A stretch of DNA of 64,000 nucleotides, taken from positions 2,343 through 66,342 of the forward strand of contig JACWDQ010000005.1 in assembly GCA_014654035.1 (NCBI GenBank), given 5' to 3'. The DNA is from Pelagibacterales bacterium SAG-MED19 (GTDB lineage Bacteria; Pseudomonadota; Alphaproteobacteria; Pelagibacterales; Pelagibacteraceae). The translations under genes and the position numbers were made by a program. The notes beneath the pieces were generated by a model, which was not told where the DNA came from, did not search any database, and saw only the letters and a program-made list of their open reading frames with translations. Shown one piece after another: positions 1 through 8,494 of this stretch (positions are counted from its first letter, which is position 1; every line of letters begins with the position of its first letter).

Positions 1-439
1 CTTTTAGGTTATCTTTGTGTGAACCTGACCACATCCTCATACATCCATTTTTTTCATTTGAGTCAGTTATAGCTACCCAAGCAGTAACCCAATTGTGAGG
101 CTCTAAACCAATATATTTAGCATCCTGATGATAGCTGACAAATCCCTTCTCATTCGGATTTTTAATAAATAAAGTTGTTCCACAAACAAGTATATTTTCA
201 CCAATCAAACTTTGAACTGCGTCTAAAATTTTTGAATTATGTGTAACTTCATCTAATAATGGTGAAATTAAATGAGCATTATATCTACCTGATCTTTCTA
301 GTTCCTTAGGAATTTTGTTTTCAATTAACTCAATTTCATTTCTAATTTCTTTTGCCTTTTCTTTTGAGAGAATATTTATTGGAGAAACAAACCCTTCATT
401 TTCATACTGTTTGAGTTGATTTGAGGAAAGATAAGACAT
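1..439 (-). CDS. Phytanoyl-CoA dioxygenase (PhyH) family Fe(II)/2OG oxygenase, partial (runs off window start)
   Basis: Hand translation from ATG at 439: MSYLSSNQLKQYENEGFV...LFIKNP...VSYHQDAKY...VTAWVAITDSNEKNGCMRMWSGSHK; HQD iron motif and NGC..GSH pattern of PhyH; not in ORF track. Confidence 0.85.
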   Translation of the reverse strand, partial: MSYLSSNQLKQYENEGFVSPINILSKEKAKEIRNEIELIENKIPKELERSGRYNAHLISPLLDEVTHNSKILDAVQSLIGENILVCGTTLFIKNPNEKGFVSYHQDAKYIGLEPHNWVTAWVAITDSNEKNGCMRMWSGSHKDNLK

Positions 440-500
440 ATTATTTTAAAACTTTATATGAGCACAAGAATTTCTTCAATAATTTAACTTTATTAAGTTT

Positions 501-947
501 ATGTCAGAAGTATATAAAATAGGAATTTCAGATAAAAATAATCAAAAAATTAAAGAGGTAAATTCAATAAATGTTTTAGCTAATCAAGGCGTAATAGGAG
601 ATAGACACTTTAAGGAATTTAATGACCCATATAATCAACTGTCACTAATTGAGTCAGAAAATATTGATTACTATAACAAGAAATTTGGACTAAATATTGC
701 ATACATAGATTTTAGGAGAAATATTATTACCAAAGGTATTCAATTAAATAGTCTGGTGGGTAAAAAATTGAAAATTGGCAAAGTAGAGTTGGAAGTTATT
801 GATTTATGTCGTCCATGTAGACACTTATCAGAAGTTTTAAACCAAGATAATATAATAAAAGAATTTTTAAGAAGAGGTGGATTGAGATGTCAAATTCTAT
901 CCTCTTCAAGTATAAAGGTCGGTGATAAAATAAAGGTTTTAGATTAG
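501..947 (+). CDS. MOSC domain protein
   Basis: GDRH, FRRNI, CRPC and RGGLR motifs typical of MOSC. Confidence 0.85.
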   Translation: MSEVYKIGISDKNNQKIKEVNSINVLANQGVIGDRHFKEFNDPYNQLSLIESENIDYYNKKFGLNIAYIDFRRNIITKGIQLNSLVGKKLKIGKVELEVIDLCRPCRHLSEVLNQDNIIKEFLRRGGLRCQILSSSSIKVGDKIKVLD

Positions 948-1048
948 TTCATAGAACTTAAAAGTCTCATTAATGAGCTTATAATTCCATAACCTGATAA
1001 TTCTATAGCAAGTATTATTATAACTATTAAAACAAATTTTTTATTCAT
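944..1048 (-). CDS. Small (34 aa) hydrophobic protein, unknown function
   Basis: Hand translation MNKKFVLIVIIILAIELSGYGIISSLMRLLSSMN*; ATG overlaps the TGA of the upstream small ORF (ATGA). Confidence 0.55.
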   Translation of the reverse strand: MNKKFVLIVIIILAIELSGYGIISSLMRLLSSMN

Positions 1049-1173
1049 CTAGTAAATACAAATATTAAAAGAAGTATCCAAAAAAAAGCATAATAGAAAT
1101 AAATATATTTTTTAGTAAAATTATACGTTATTGGATTATGAATAGGTTTATTCTTTTTTCTTTTTTTAGTCAT
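1045..1173 (-). CDS. Small (42 aa) protein with basic N-terminus and C-terminal hydrophobic helix
   Basis: Hand translation MTKKRKKNKPIHNPITYNFTKKYIYFYYAFFWILLLIFVFTR*; start overlaps dksA 3' end (ATGACTAA). Confidence 0.55.
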   Translation of the reverse strand: MTKKRKKNKPIHNPITYNFTKKYIYFYYAFFWILLLIFVFTR

Positions 1174-1690
1174 CAGCATGAACCTTTTCATTTTTTTCAT
1201 GTTTTTCTTGTGCAGCAATTGTGTATTTTGCCACTGGTCTAGCCATCAATCTTTTTAAACCAATTGGTTCTGCAGTATCTAAACAAAAACCATATGTATC
1301 GTCTTTAATTCTCATCAATGCTTTATCGATTTCTGAAATTAATTTGATTTGTCTATTGATAGCTTTCATTTCAACATTTTTATCTGTGTAAGAACTTGCT
1401 TGATCTACTATATCTGCAGAAATGCTGTTATCGTCCATACTGCCATTATAAAGAGCCTCGTTATTGGCTTTTACTAATTCTTTTTTCCATTCTTGTAATT
1501 TTATTCTAAAAAATACCTTATGTTTTTCACACATGTATTTTTCAGTATCTTTTGGAGTATATGTTTTAGAAATTTTTACTGGACCTTTATTTATTTCTTT
1601 AGGCTTAGTTAAAACTTTTATCTTTGGTTTTTTTACTGATTTAGGTTTAGTTTTTTTTACTTTTTTTTTTACTTTGGTGGTTTTAGGCAT
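1166..1690 (-). CDS. dksA: RNA polymerase-binding transcription factor DksA (single-Cys type)
   Basis: DxxDxA tip (DIVDQA) and YGFCLDTAEPIGLKRLMARP; likely start ATG at 1690 because the longer ORF start lies inside the promoter. Confidence 0.9.
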   Translation of the reverse strand: MPKTTKVKKKVKKTKPKSVKKPKIKVLTKPKEINKGPVKISKTYTPKDTEKYMCEKHKVFFRIKLQEWKKELVKANNEALYNGSMDDNSISADIVDQASSYTDKNVEMKAINRQIKLISEIDKALMRIKDDTYGFCLDTAEPIGLKRLMARPVAKYTIAAQEKHEKNEKVHADD

Positions 1691-1712
1691 ATTTATAATC
1701 TGAATTCGAGCG

Positions 1713-1740
1713 AGTATATTCAGCAAATTAGGGGTGTCAA
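1713..1740 (-). promoter_or_regulatory. sigma70 promoter of dksA
   Basis: TTGACA-N16-TATACT on minus strand followed by GC-rich CGCTCG. Confidence 0.7.
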
Positions 1741-1769
1741 GCAAGCTTAATTATTGTAAATATTTAATT

Positions 1770-3092
1770 ATGAATGTTTTAAACAGAAATATTAATAATA
1801 TATTTTTTATTTTTGCTCTATCACATTTAATAATTTGGACACTTGTTCCATCTTTAACTAATAAGAATTTACCACTAGATACTATTGAAGCACTAGCATG
1901 GGGAAGTAATTTAGATTGGGGATTTAACAAACATCCACCAATGAGTGCCTTTTTTTCAGAGGTTTTTTTTCAAATATTTGGTTCTCAAGATTGGGCATAT
2001 TACTTATTAAGCCAAATATTTTTGTTAATTGCATTTTACTATGTTTTTAAATTAGCTAATGAGATTTTAGGAAATATTAGATTAAGCTTTATTTCAGTAC
2101 TGTTACTAGAGTCTATTTATTTCTATAATTTTACAACACCTGAATTTAATGTAAACGTTTGCCAATTACCTTTTTGGTCTTTGGTTACCTATTATTCTTG
2201 GCAAATTTTTAAGTCAAAAGAAATTAAGTTTATTGATTGTTTTTTAGTAGGAATATTTGCTGCCTTAGGTTTTTTATCAAAATATTTATTTATTTATTTG
2301 TTAGTATCTATTGATTTATTATTTATTTATTTGATATTTATTCAAAAAACAAAAAAATTTGATTTTAAATATTTAATTACTTTTGAAGTATTTATTGTTC
2401 TTTTAGTTCCACATCTTATTTGGCTTTATAATAATGATTTTATCACAATATTGTACGGTCTAAAAAGAACTGGTTTAGAAAGTTCTGGGATTATAGATCA
2501 TATAAGATATCCATTTATATTTTTATCAAAACAAATTGGAATATTAATTCCTTTTTTCTTTCTAATTTATTTATTAGTAAAAAAAATCAAATTCAAAATA
2601 AATCTAAAAGATAAAAAATTACTATTTTTAATATCTATAAATATTATTCCTATTATATTGATGTTTATGACATCTTTAATTACAGGATCAAAGATAAGAA
2701 CAATGTGGATGACACCTTTTTATTTATTTGTTGGGGTATTATTTATTTATATATTTCAATCTCAAATTAATCTTAAAAAGATAAATTCATTTTTGTATGG
2801 TTTTTTATTTTTATTTTTTCTATCTCCAATTTTATATACATATGTGTCAATTAGTAAAACTGATAAAAGAACTGATTTTCCTGGAAAAGAAATCGCAGCA
2901 AAAGTTCAAATTATTTGGGACAAAGATTTTGATAAAGAAATTCAGTTCATTACTGGTAACGAATGGAGTGCAGGTAATCTATCTTATCATTTAAAATCTA
3001 GACCTAAATGGGAAGGTTTAACAAAAAATGAAACATTAAATAAATCATCTCAATTTATTTGTATCGATGATATTTGTTTAGGAAGATACTAA
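1770..3092 (+). CDS. Membrane glycosyltransferase, GT-C/ArnT-PMT (GT39-like) family
   Basis: Multi-TM; DTIE..AWG...WGFNKHPP and LSKY motifs; start at ATG 1770 preferred over 1734. Confidence 0.8.
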   Translation: MNVLNRNINNIFFIFALSHLIIWTLVPSLTNKNLPLDTIEALAWGSNLDWGFNKHPPMSAFFSEVFFQIFGSQDWAYYLLSQIFLLIAFYYVFKLANEILGNIRLSFISVLLLESIYFYNFTTPEFNVNVCQLPFWSLVTYYSWQIFKSKEIKFIDCFLVGIFAALGFLSKYLFIYLLVSIDLLFIYLIFIQKTKKFDFKYLITFEVFIVLLVPHLIWLYNNDFITILYGLKRTGLESSGIIDHIRYPFIFLSKQIGILIPFFFLIYLLVKKIKFKINLKDKKLLFLISINIIPIILMFMTSLITGSKIRTMWMTPFYLFVGVLFIYIFQSQINLKKINSFLYGFLFLFFLSPILYTYVSISKTDKRTDFPGKEIAAKVQIIWDKDFDKEIQFITGNEWSAGNLSYHLKSRPKWEGLTKNETLNKSSQFICIDDICLGRY

Positions 3093-3965
3093 ATGATAAA
3101 AATTAAAATCTTAATTCCTATTTACAATGATTGGCAATCAGTTTCAAAATTATTAGATGAAATTAATAATTTATCTATAAATTCAGAATTTCAAATTTCA
3201 ACAATTATAGTGAATGATGCATCAAATCATGATCGTCAAGATGAAGAAATAAATTTAGACAATATTTATTCAATTAAAATTTTAAATATGAAAAAAAACC
3301 AAGGCCACACAAGATGTATTGCAACAGGACTTAAGTATATTTATGAAAAAGAAGATTTTGATTATGTTATTCCAATGGATGGAGATGGTGAGGACAGACC
3401 AGAGGAGATAAACGATCTTATAAATCAAATAAAAAATTCTAATTACAAGCCTATTGTAGGAGAAAGAATAAAAAGATCTGAAAACCTTTTATTCAAAGTC
3501 TGCTATCAAATTCATAAATTAATAACTTTAACGTTTACTGGTAAAACTATTAAATTTGGTAATTTTACTTGTTTATCAAAAATTACTGTAGAAAAAATGA
3601 TTAATGAAAAAGCTACCTGGAACAGTTTTTCAGGATCTTTAACAAAAGTAGAAAAAGATTTGTCCTCAATACCTTCAATTAGAGGAACAAGATATTTTGG
3701 ACCATCTAAAATGAGCTTTTATAATCTTATTAAGCATTCACTTTCAATTATTAGTGTTTTTAGAAAAACTTTTTTAATTCGTTCAGCTTTGTTTGTAATT
3801 TTGTATATTTTGCTAATTAAGAGTAATGCTTCTGTAATAACTGCAATTCCATTAATATTTTTGTTTATAGCTGTTTACTCTATTTCAAATCTTGCTTTGA
3901 GAGAAAATATGGAAGAATTTGAAAAATCTTTAGAGAACATAAACAATATTGATCAAATTAAATGA
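3093..3965 (+). CDS. GT2 polyprenol-phosphate glycosyltransferase (ArnC/GtrB-like)
   Basis: LIPIYND, VNDAS, NQGH, MDGDGED motifs; C-terminal TM helices. Confidence 0.85.
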   Translation: MIKIKILIPIYNDWQSVSKLLDEINNLSINSEFQISTIIVNDASNHDRQDEEINLDNIYSIKILNMKKNQGHTRCIATGLKYIYEKEDFDYVIPMDGDGEDRPEEINDLINQIKNSNYKPIVGERIKRSENLLFKVCYQIHKLITLTFTGKTIKFGNFTCLSKITVEKMINEKATWNSFSGSLTKVEKDLSSIPSIRGTRYFGPSKMSFYNLIKHSLSIISVFRKTFLIRSALFVILYILLIKSNASVITAIPLIFLFIAVYSISNLALRENMEEFEKSLENINNIDQIK

Positions 3966-3967
3966 AT

Positions 3968-5245
3968 TTAAATTTTTATTCTAGGTAGAGCAAAAAAATC
4001 TGCAGTGTCTATCTTGGAAGAATATTGCCTTCGCATATTCCATTTTTTTTGAACCCCAGCGCTTGCAAGACTTAAAGTAGATCTTCCATATCTATAATTA
4101 GTATTATCAATTGATTGCATTAAACTATTTATCTTTTCATCTTTTTCAGATGAAAATAAGTTTTTCCTACCATCATCATTACGTAATCCAGTAAGTATGA
4201 CACCTGCTTTTTGATATTGATAACCATTTTTGAAAATTTTTTCCAAAATAGATACAGCAGTTTTAACAATTTCAATACTATTGTTTGTTGCAATTGGAAA
4301 ATCAATTGTCTTTGCATTTGAATAATACCCAAAGTTTCTTTGAAAGGGACTTGTTCGAACAAATACAGTAATTGCTTTTGCAGTCAACGACTCTGATCTA
4401 ATCTTTTCAGATGCATTCAAACAATAACTTGCAACAGCTTCTTTTAAATCTTGAAATTTTTCAATTCTTTTTCCAAATGATCTCGAGACAACACAGCTTT
4501 TTCTCTTAGCTTGTGTTGTTTCTAAATTAATACAAGGAATACCTCTTAGTTCCATTGCAGTTCTTGAACCCAAAACATTAGAAGATTTTTTAATCCAAGT
4601 ATTAGATTTATTTTTAAGTTGTTTGGCATTATAAATTCCATTTTTTTGATAAAATTTTGTAAGTTGTCTGCCGACACCCCACACATCATTGATTTCCACT
4701 TTTTCAAGAATAGGATCTAAATTTTCTATTCCAATTAAGCTTGTTACACCTGATAGTTTTTTCTTTGCAATATGATTTGCAACTTTGCTTAAAGTTTTAG
4801 TTTTAGCAATACCAATACTTGTTGGTATACCAGTCCATTGTAAAACTGTTTCTCTAATTTCTTTTCCAACTTTTTCAACCTCAGAATCTGGAAAATTTGA
4901 TAAATCTATAAATGCTTCATCAATTGAATAAACTTCTATTTCAGAATTAAATCTTTTAAGAGTTCTCATAACTCTTCTAGACAAATCTCCATATAAAGAA
5001 TAATTTGATGAAAAGACTTCAACTTTATTTTTAACAATAATATCTTTAGCTTTAAAATAAGGTTCTCCCATTTTAATTCCTAAAGCTTTTGCTTCGTTAG
5101 ATCTAGAAATTATACAACCATCGTTATTAGACAAAACAACAACAGGTTTTCTTCTTATTTTTGGATTAAACAATCTTTCACAAGAAACGTAGAAAGAATT
5201 ACAATCAACTAAAGCTAATTTTTTAGTACGTTGAATGGATGACAT
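3968..5245 (-). CDS. umuC: Y-family DNA polymerase V subunit UmuC
   Basis: LVDCNSFYVSCER, VVLSNNDGC, YSIDEAF; C-terminal WNMRRQYSS. Confidence 0.93.
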   Translation of the reverse strand: MSSIQRTKKLALVDCNSFYVSCERLFNPKIRRKPVVVLSNNDGCIISRSNEAKALGIKMGEPYFKAKDIIVKNKVEVFSSNYSLYGDLSRRVMRTLKRFNSEIEVYSIDEAFIDLSNFPDSEVEKVGKEIRETVLQWTGIPTSIGIAKTKTLSKVANHIAKKKLSGVTSLIGIENLDPILEKVEINDVWGVGRQLTKFYQKNGIYNAKQLKNKSNTWIKKSSNVLGSRTAMELRGIPCINLETTQAKRKSCVVSRSFGKRIEKFQDLKEAVASYCLNASEKIRSESLTAKAITVFVRTSPFQRNFGYYSNAKTIDFPIATNNSIEIVKTAVSILEKIFKNGYQYQKAGVILTGLRNDDGRKNLFSSEKDEKINSLMQSIDNTNYRYGRSTLSLASAGVQKKWNMRRQYSSKIDTADFFALPRIKI

Positions 5246-5618
5246 AAGTTACAACCCCCCAAATAAAAACATCTTCTTCTTCATTAATTAAAATTCTTTC
5301 GGAAAAATCTTTGGATCCTGATGTTAAAAATTTTTTATCTCTTTCTTGGACTAAAGTTTTAACCACAAGTTCATCATGAACATTTGCAATAACTGTTGAA
5401 AAATTTTTTGGTTTTAAACTTTTATCGACAACTAATAAGTCTCCATCATTAATTCCAACATCGACCATTGATTTTCCTTGTACCCTAATAATGAATGTAG
5501 CCGGAACATTTTTGATTAAATGCATGTTTAAATCGATATCTTCTTCAATGTAGTCAGTAGCAGGTGATGGAAAACCAGCTCCAGCTTTATGTAGATAATA
5601 AGGGATAGTCAATTTCAT
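5223..5618 (-). CDS. umuD: UmuD (S24 autopeptidase)
   Basis: AGFPSPA cleavage site, Ser (GKSM) and Lys (VVKTL) dyad; upstream of umuC. Confidence 0.92.
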   Translation of the reverse strand: MKLTIPYYLHKAGAGFPSPATDYIEEDIDLNMHLIKNVPATFIIRVQGKSMVDVGINDGDLLVVDKSLKPKNFSTVIANVHDELVVKTLVQERDKKFLTSGSKDFSERILINEEEDVFIWGVVTYVIHSTY

Positions 5619-5633
5619 GTTCTTATTTTGTTC
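5619..5633. promoter_or_regulatory. Alphaproteobacterial LexA (SOS) box
   Basis: GTTC-TTATTTT-GTTC, an exact GTTC-N7-GTTC abutting the umuD ATG. Confidence 0.9.
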
Positions 5634-5636
5634 TCA

Positions 5637-5665
5637 TTTATAGCTGATTTATGCAATACACGCAA
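5637..5665 (-). promoter_or_regulatory. Putative umuDC sigma70 promoter
   Basis: TTGCGT-N17-TATAAA on minus strand directly upstream of the LexA box. Confidence 0.6.
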
Positions 5666-5689
5666 GAGGTTGTATTTTGAGTCTGTAAC

Positions 5690-5711
5690 TGAATCAAAAG
5701 TGAATCAAAAG
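5690..5711 (+). repeat. Tandem 11-bp direct repeat TGAATCAAAAG x2, each with a GANTC site
   Basis: Seen directly; a third GANTC (GAGTC) at 5679-5683. Confidence 0.8.
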
Positions 5712-5740
5712 GTGAACATCGAAACCACATTTTGTATGGT

Positions 5741-5749
5741 TGTGGATAA
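5741..5749 (-). promoter_or_regulatory. Consensus DnaA box
   Basis: TGTGGATAA (TTATCCACA on minus strand) in intergenic DNA; function inferred. Confidence 0.55.
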
Positions 5750-5804
5750 CTTCAACCAGAGATAGTTTCAGTTGAAGATAAAAGATATAAAAAATAATTT
5801 AAAA

Positions 5805-6167
5805 ATGAAAAAACTTATTTGTCATTGTGGAGCTGTGGAGGCAGAAATTAATTTAGATGGAGATTTAGCCAAAGTAATAAAATGTAATTGTTCTATTTGT
5901 AAAAGAAAAGGAGCAATTATGTCGATGGTAAAAAATGAGGATTTTAAAATTATAAAAGGTGAAGATAAATTGAAACTTTATCAATTTCATTCCAAAGTTG
6001 CTAAACATTACTTTTGCTCTGAGTGTGGAATTTATACTCATCACCATCCAAGAGTTAATCCTGCAATGACAGGATTTAATGTTGGGTGTATTGATGAAAT
6101 AGATACATTTAAATTAAATGAAGTATCTGTAAATAATGGTCAAAACCATCCGTTAGACAAAAAGTAA
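5805..6167 (+). CDS. GFA / CENP-V family zinc protein
   Basis: CHCG...CNCSIC...HYFCSECG; ATG at 5805 preferred over TTG at 5772. Confidence 0.88.
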   Translation: MKKLICHCGAVEAEINLDGDLAKVIKCNCSICKRKGAIMSMVKNEDFKIIKGEDKLKLYQFHSKVAKHYFCSECGIYTHHHPRVNPAMTGFNVGCIDEIDTFKLNEVSVNNGQNHPLDKK

Positions 6168-6172
6168 TTCTT

Positions 6173-7096
6173 ATGCATCAATTTAGTTTATGTTTTGGGA
6201 GGGTAAAAAAAGATTGTTTTAAATTAATTAAATCCCAAGAAACAAAAACTGATAAATTTAAAAATAAAGAAAAAATGATTAAGTCTTTCTTAATTCCTTT
6301 ATGTTTCTGGATCAGCGCAAAGGCAGAAAAAAAAAGACCCTATTTTGTAGGTTTGGCAGGAGGCCAAGGTACAGGAAAAACTACAATTAGCTCTTTAATT
6401 AGAATTATCTTAACTAAATACTTTAGATTAAACGTTTTTAGGATTTCAATAGATGACTTTTATAAAACAAGAAAAGAACGAATAAATTTATCAAAAAGAG
6501 TTCATCCTATGCTTTTAACAAGAGGAGTTCCTGGAACACATGATATAAATATGATGTTAAATTTCTTTAGAGGGTCAAAAAGTAAGAAATTTAAAAGGTT
6601 AAAATTACCGACATTTAATAAAGCTATTGACGACAGGTTTAATAAAAAAAAATGGTATGATTTAAAGAAGAGACCGGATGTAATTATTTTTGAAGGATGG
6701 TGTGTTGGCGCAAAACCAGAAAAAAATAATACTCTAAAGAAAACTATTAATCCGATGGAAAAAGCAAAAGATCAAAAACAGATTTGGAGAAAATATGTTA
6801 ACCACCAATTGAAATCAAAGTATAAAGATTTGTATTCACAATTAAATTGTTTGATTTATTTGAAAGCAAAAAATTTCAGTTTGTTACAAAAATGGAGATT
6901 AAAACAAGAAAGGAAACTTTGGGTTAAAAGTAAAGTAAAATCAAAAATAATGAGCAAAGAAAATGTGTTAAATTTTATGCAAACTTATCAGAGAATAACT
7001 CAAAATATGTTTAGGAATATGCCCAAATATGCATCAATTATATTCAATCTAAATAGTTACCATCAAATTAATTCTGCTATATACAAAAAGAAATGA
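6173..7096 (+). CDS. P-loop kinase of PRK/uridine kinase family, D-glycerate 3-kinase (GLYK)-like
   Basis: GGQGTGKTT, SIDDFY, RGVPGTHD, FEGWCVG. Confidence 0.75.
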   Translation: MHQFSLCFGRVKKDCFKLIKSQETKTDKFKNKEKMIKSFLIPLCFWISAKAEKKRPYFVGLAGGQGTGKTTISSLIRIILTKYFRLNVFRISIDDFYKTRKERINLSKRVHPMLLTRGVPGTHDINMMLNFFRGSKSKKFKRLKLPTFNKAIDDRFNKKKWYDLKKRPDVIIFEGWCVGAKPEKNNTLKKTINPMEKAKDQKQIWRKYVNHQLKSKYKDLYSQLNCLIYLKAKNFSLLQKWRLKQERKLWVKSKVKSKIMSKENVLNFMQTYQRITQNMFRNMPKYASIIFNLNSYHQINSAIYKKK

Positions 7097-8388
7097 TTAG
7101 AATTTTATTCATAATTACAAGTTTCATATTTTTGCTTAACAATGCCAAAGCTGAAACTTTTTCTGCAGCATTAAAAAGGGCTTATAATAATAATAATGAA
7201 TTAAATGCTGAAAGGGAAATTTTAAATATTTCCGAACAAGAATTAAAAATTTCAAAAGGTTCATATTTACCTACCGTAACTTTAAGTGGAAGCAAAAGCC
7301 AAGAGGAAACCGATAAATTAACTAATCGAGACGGAAGCAGTGCTTCAATTACAAATGTAGATCCATCAAATCAATCAATCACAATCACACAGACATTAAT
7401 TGATTTTGGAAGAGGAGCTGAATTAGCAAAAAGTAAAATAGGTATAGATTTAGCTAAAGCAAAACTTTTAAAAAAAGAACAAGATATTTTGTATAAGTCT
7501 ATTGAAGCTTATACGGGATTAATTAATGCTAATGAGAAACTTAAGATCAATAAGTCAAATGTGAATTTATTAGACAGACAAGTTGAAACAGATAGAATTA
7601 GACTCGAAAGAGGAAGTATATCTCTGTCAGATGTTGCTCAATCAGAGTCATCTTTGGCAGGAGCTCAAGCAAAATTAATACAAGCAGAAAATGATTTCTT
7701 AACAAGTAAACTCAATTACGAAAATATCATTGGAAAATTAAACGACCCAGAGCTATTGGAGAAAACATCAATATTTGAAGCAAGGTTACCAATAGAATTA
7801 AATAGAGCATTGGAATTATCTAAGAAAAATAATCCTGATTTAATAATAGCTAAACTAGAATATGAACAATCTAAAAAAGATACTTCTAGCGCAAGGTCAG
7901 ATCTAGCTCCAACGGCATTACTTTCATTTGATAGATCCAAAACTGATGATTTAAGTTCTACTTATGATGAGAAAGAGACAGATACTTTAAAAGCAACAGT
8001 AACTTGGCCTTTTTATTCTGGCGGAAAAAACTATGCGACTTTGAATAAATCTAAAAGTCAAGAGTTACAAAAAAATTTATTACTTGAAAACATGAATAAA
8101 AAAAATCAAACAGATGTTGCAAGCGCTTGGTCTAATTATCAATCTAGTCGAAGTTTATTAGACTCAGTTAAAGCCCAAGTAAATGCTGCCGAAATAGCAA
8201 ATGAAGGAATTGTTGCAGAATATAATAGTGGCTCAGATAGGTCTACATTAGAAGTTATTCAATCTAATTCTCTTCTACTAAATGCCCAAACTTCTTTAGC
8301 AGATTCTGAGAGAAATTATATTCTCTCACAATTTAATCTTTTGAAATCTGTTGGTTTATTAACCAGTGATTATCTAAAAATTCGATAA
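7093..8388 (+). CDS. tolC: TolC family outer-membrane channel
   Basis: Signal peptide, duplicated OEP repeats, PFYSGG, RSTLEV. Confidence 0.85.
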   Translation: MIRILFIITSFIFLLNNAKAETFSAALKRAYNNNNELNAEREILNISEQELKISKGSYLPTVTLSGSKSQEETDKLTNRDGSSASITNVDPSNQSITITQTLIDFGRGAELAKSKIGIDLAKAKLLKKEQDILYKSIEAYTGLINANEKLKINKSNVNLLDRQVETDRIRLERGSISLSDVAQSESSLAGAQAKLIQAENDFLTSKLNYENIIGKLNDPELLEKTSIFEARLPIELNRALELSKKNNPDLIIAKLEYEQSKKDTSSARSDLAPTALLSFDRSKTDDLSSTYDEKETDTLKATVTWPFYSGGKNYATLNKSKSQELQKNLLLENMNKKNQTDVASAWSNYQSSRSLLDSVKAQVNAAEIANEGIVAEYNSGSDRSTLEVIQSNSLLLNAQTSLADSERNYILSQFNLLKSVGLLTSDYLKIR

Positions 8389-8420
8389 TTATTGGGTTTT
8401 TTCCTCAATTAAAAAATATC

Positions 8421-8448
8421 TTGCCAATGAGAACAAAATGTGTACATT
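8421..8448 (+). promoter_or_regulatory. recA promoter with overlapping LexA box
   Basis: TTGCCA-N16-TACATT, with GAAC-AAAATGT-GTAC (8431-8445, GAAC-N7-GTAC variant) over the spacer and -10. Confidence 0.85.
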
Positions 8449-8494
8449 TATTTTATGATTCGAGCGTTAAAAAAATTAAAAAAAGAGGTAAAAA

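Noticed and set aside
3968-5618. umuDC as a marker of a prophage or ICE
   Set aside because: No integrase, att site, tRNA or phage structural genes nearby; composition looks like the host and the locus carries a host-type LexA box
5690-5711. CRISPR-like or iteron array
   Set aside because: Only two 11-bp units with no spacers; no cas or rep gene in the window
5640-5800. Chromosomal replication origin
   Set aside because: Only one consensus DnaA box is visible and there is no dnaA, hemE or parAB context; GC skew cannot be computed here
1704-8466. Shared 9-mer ATTCGAGCG near the dksA (1704-1712) and recA (8458-8466) promoters
   Set aside because: Opposite orientation relative to transcription and only two copies; likely chance
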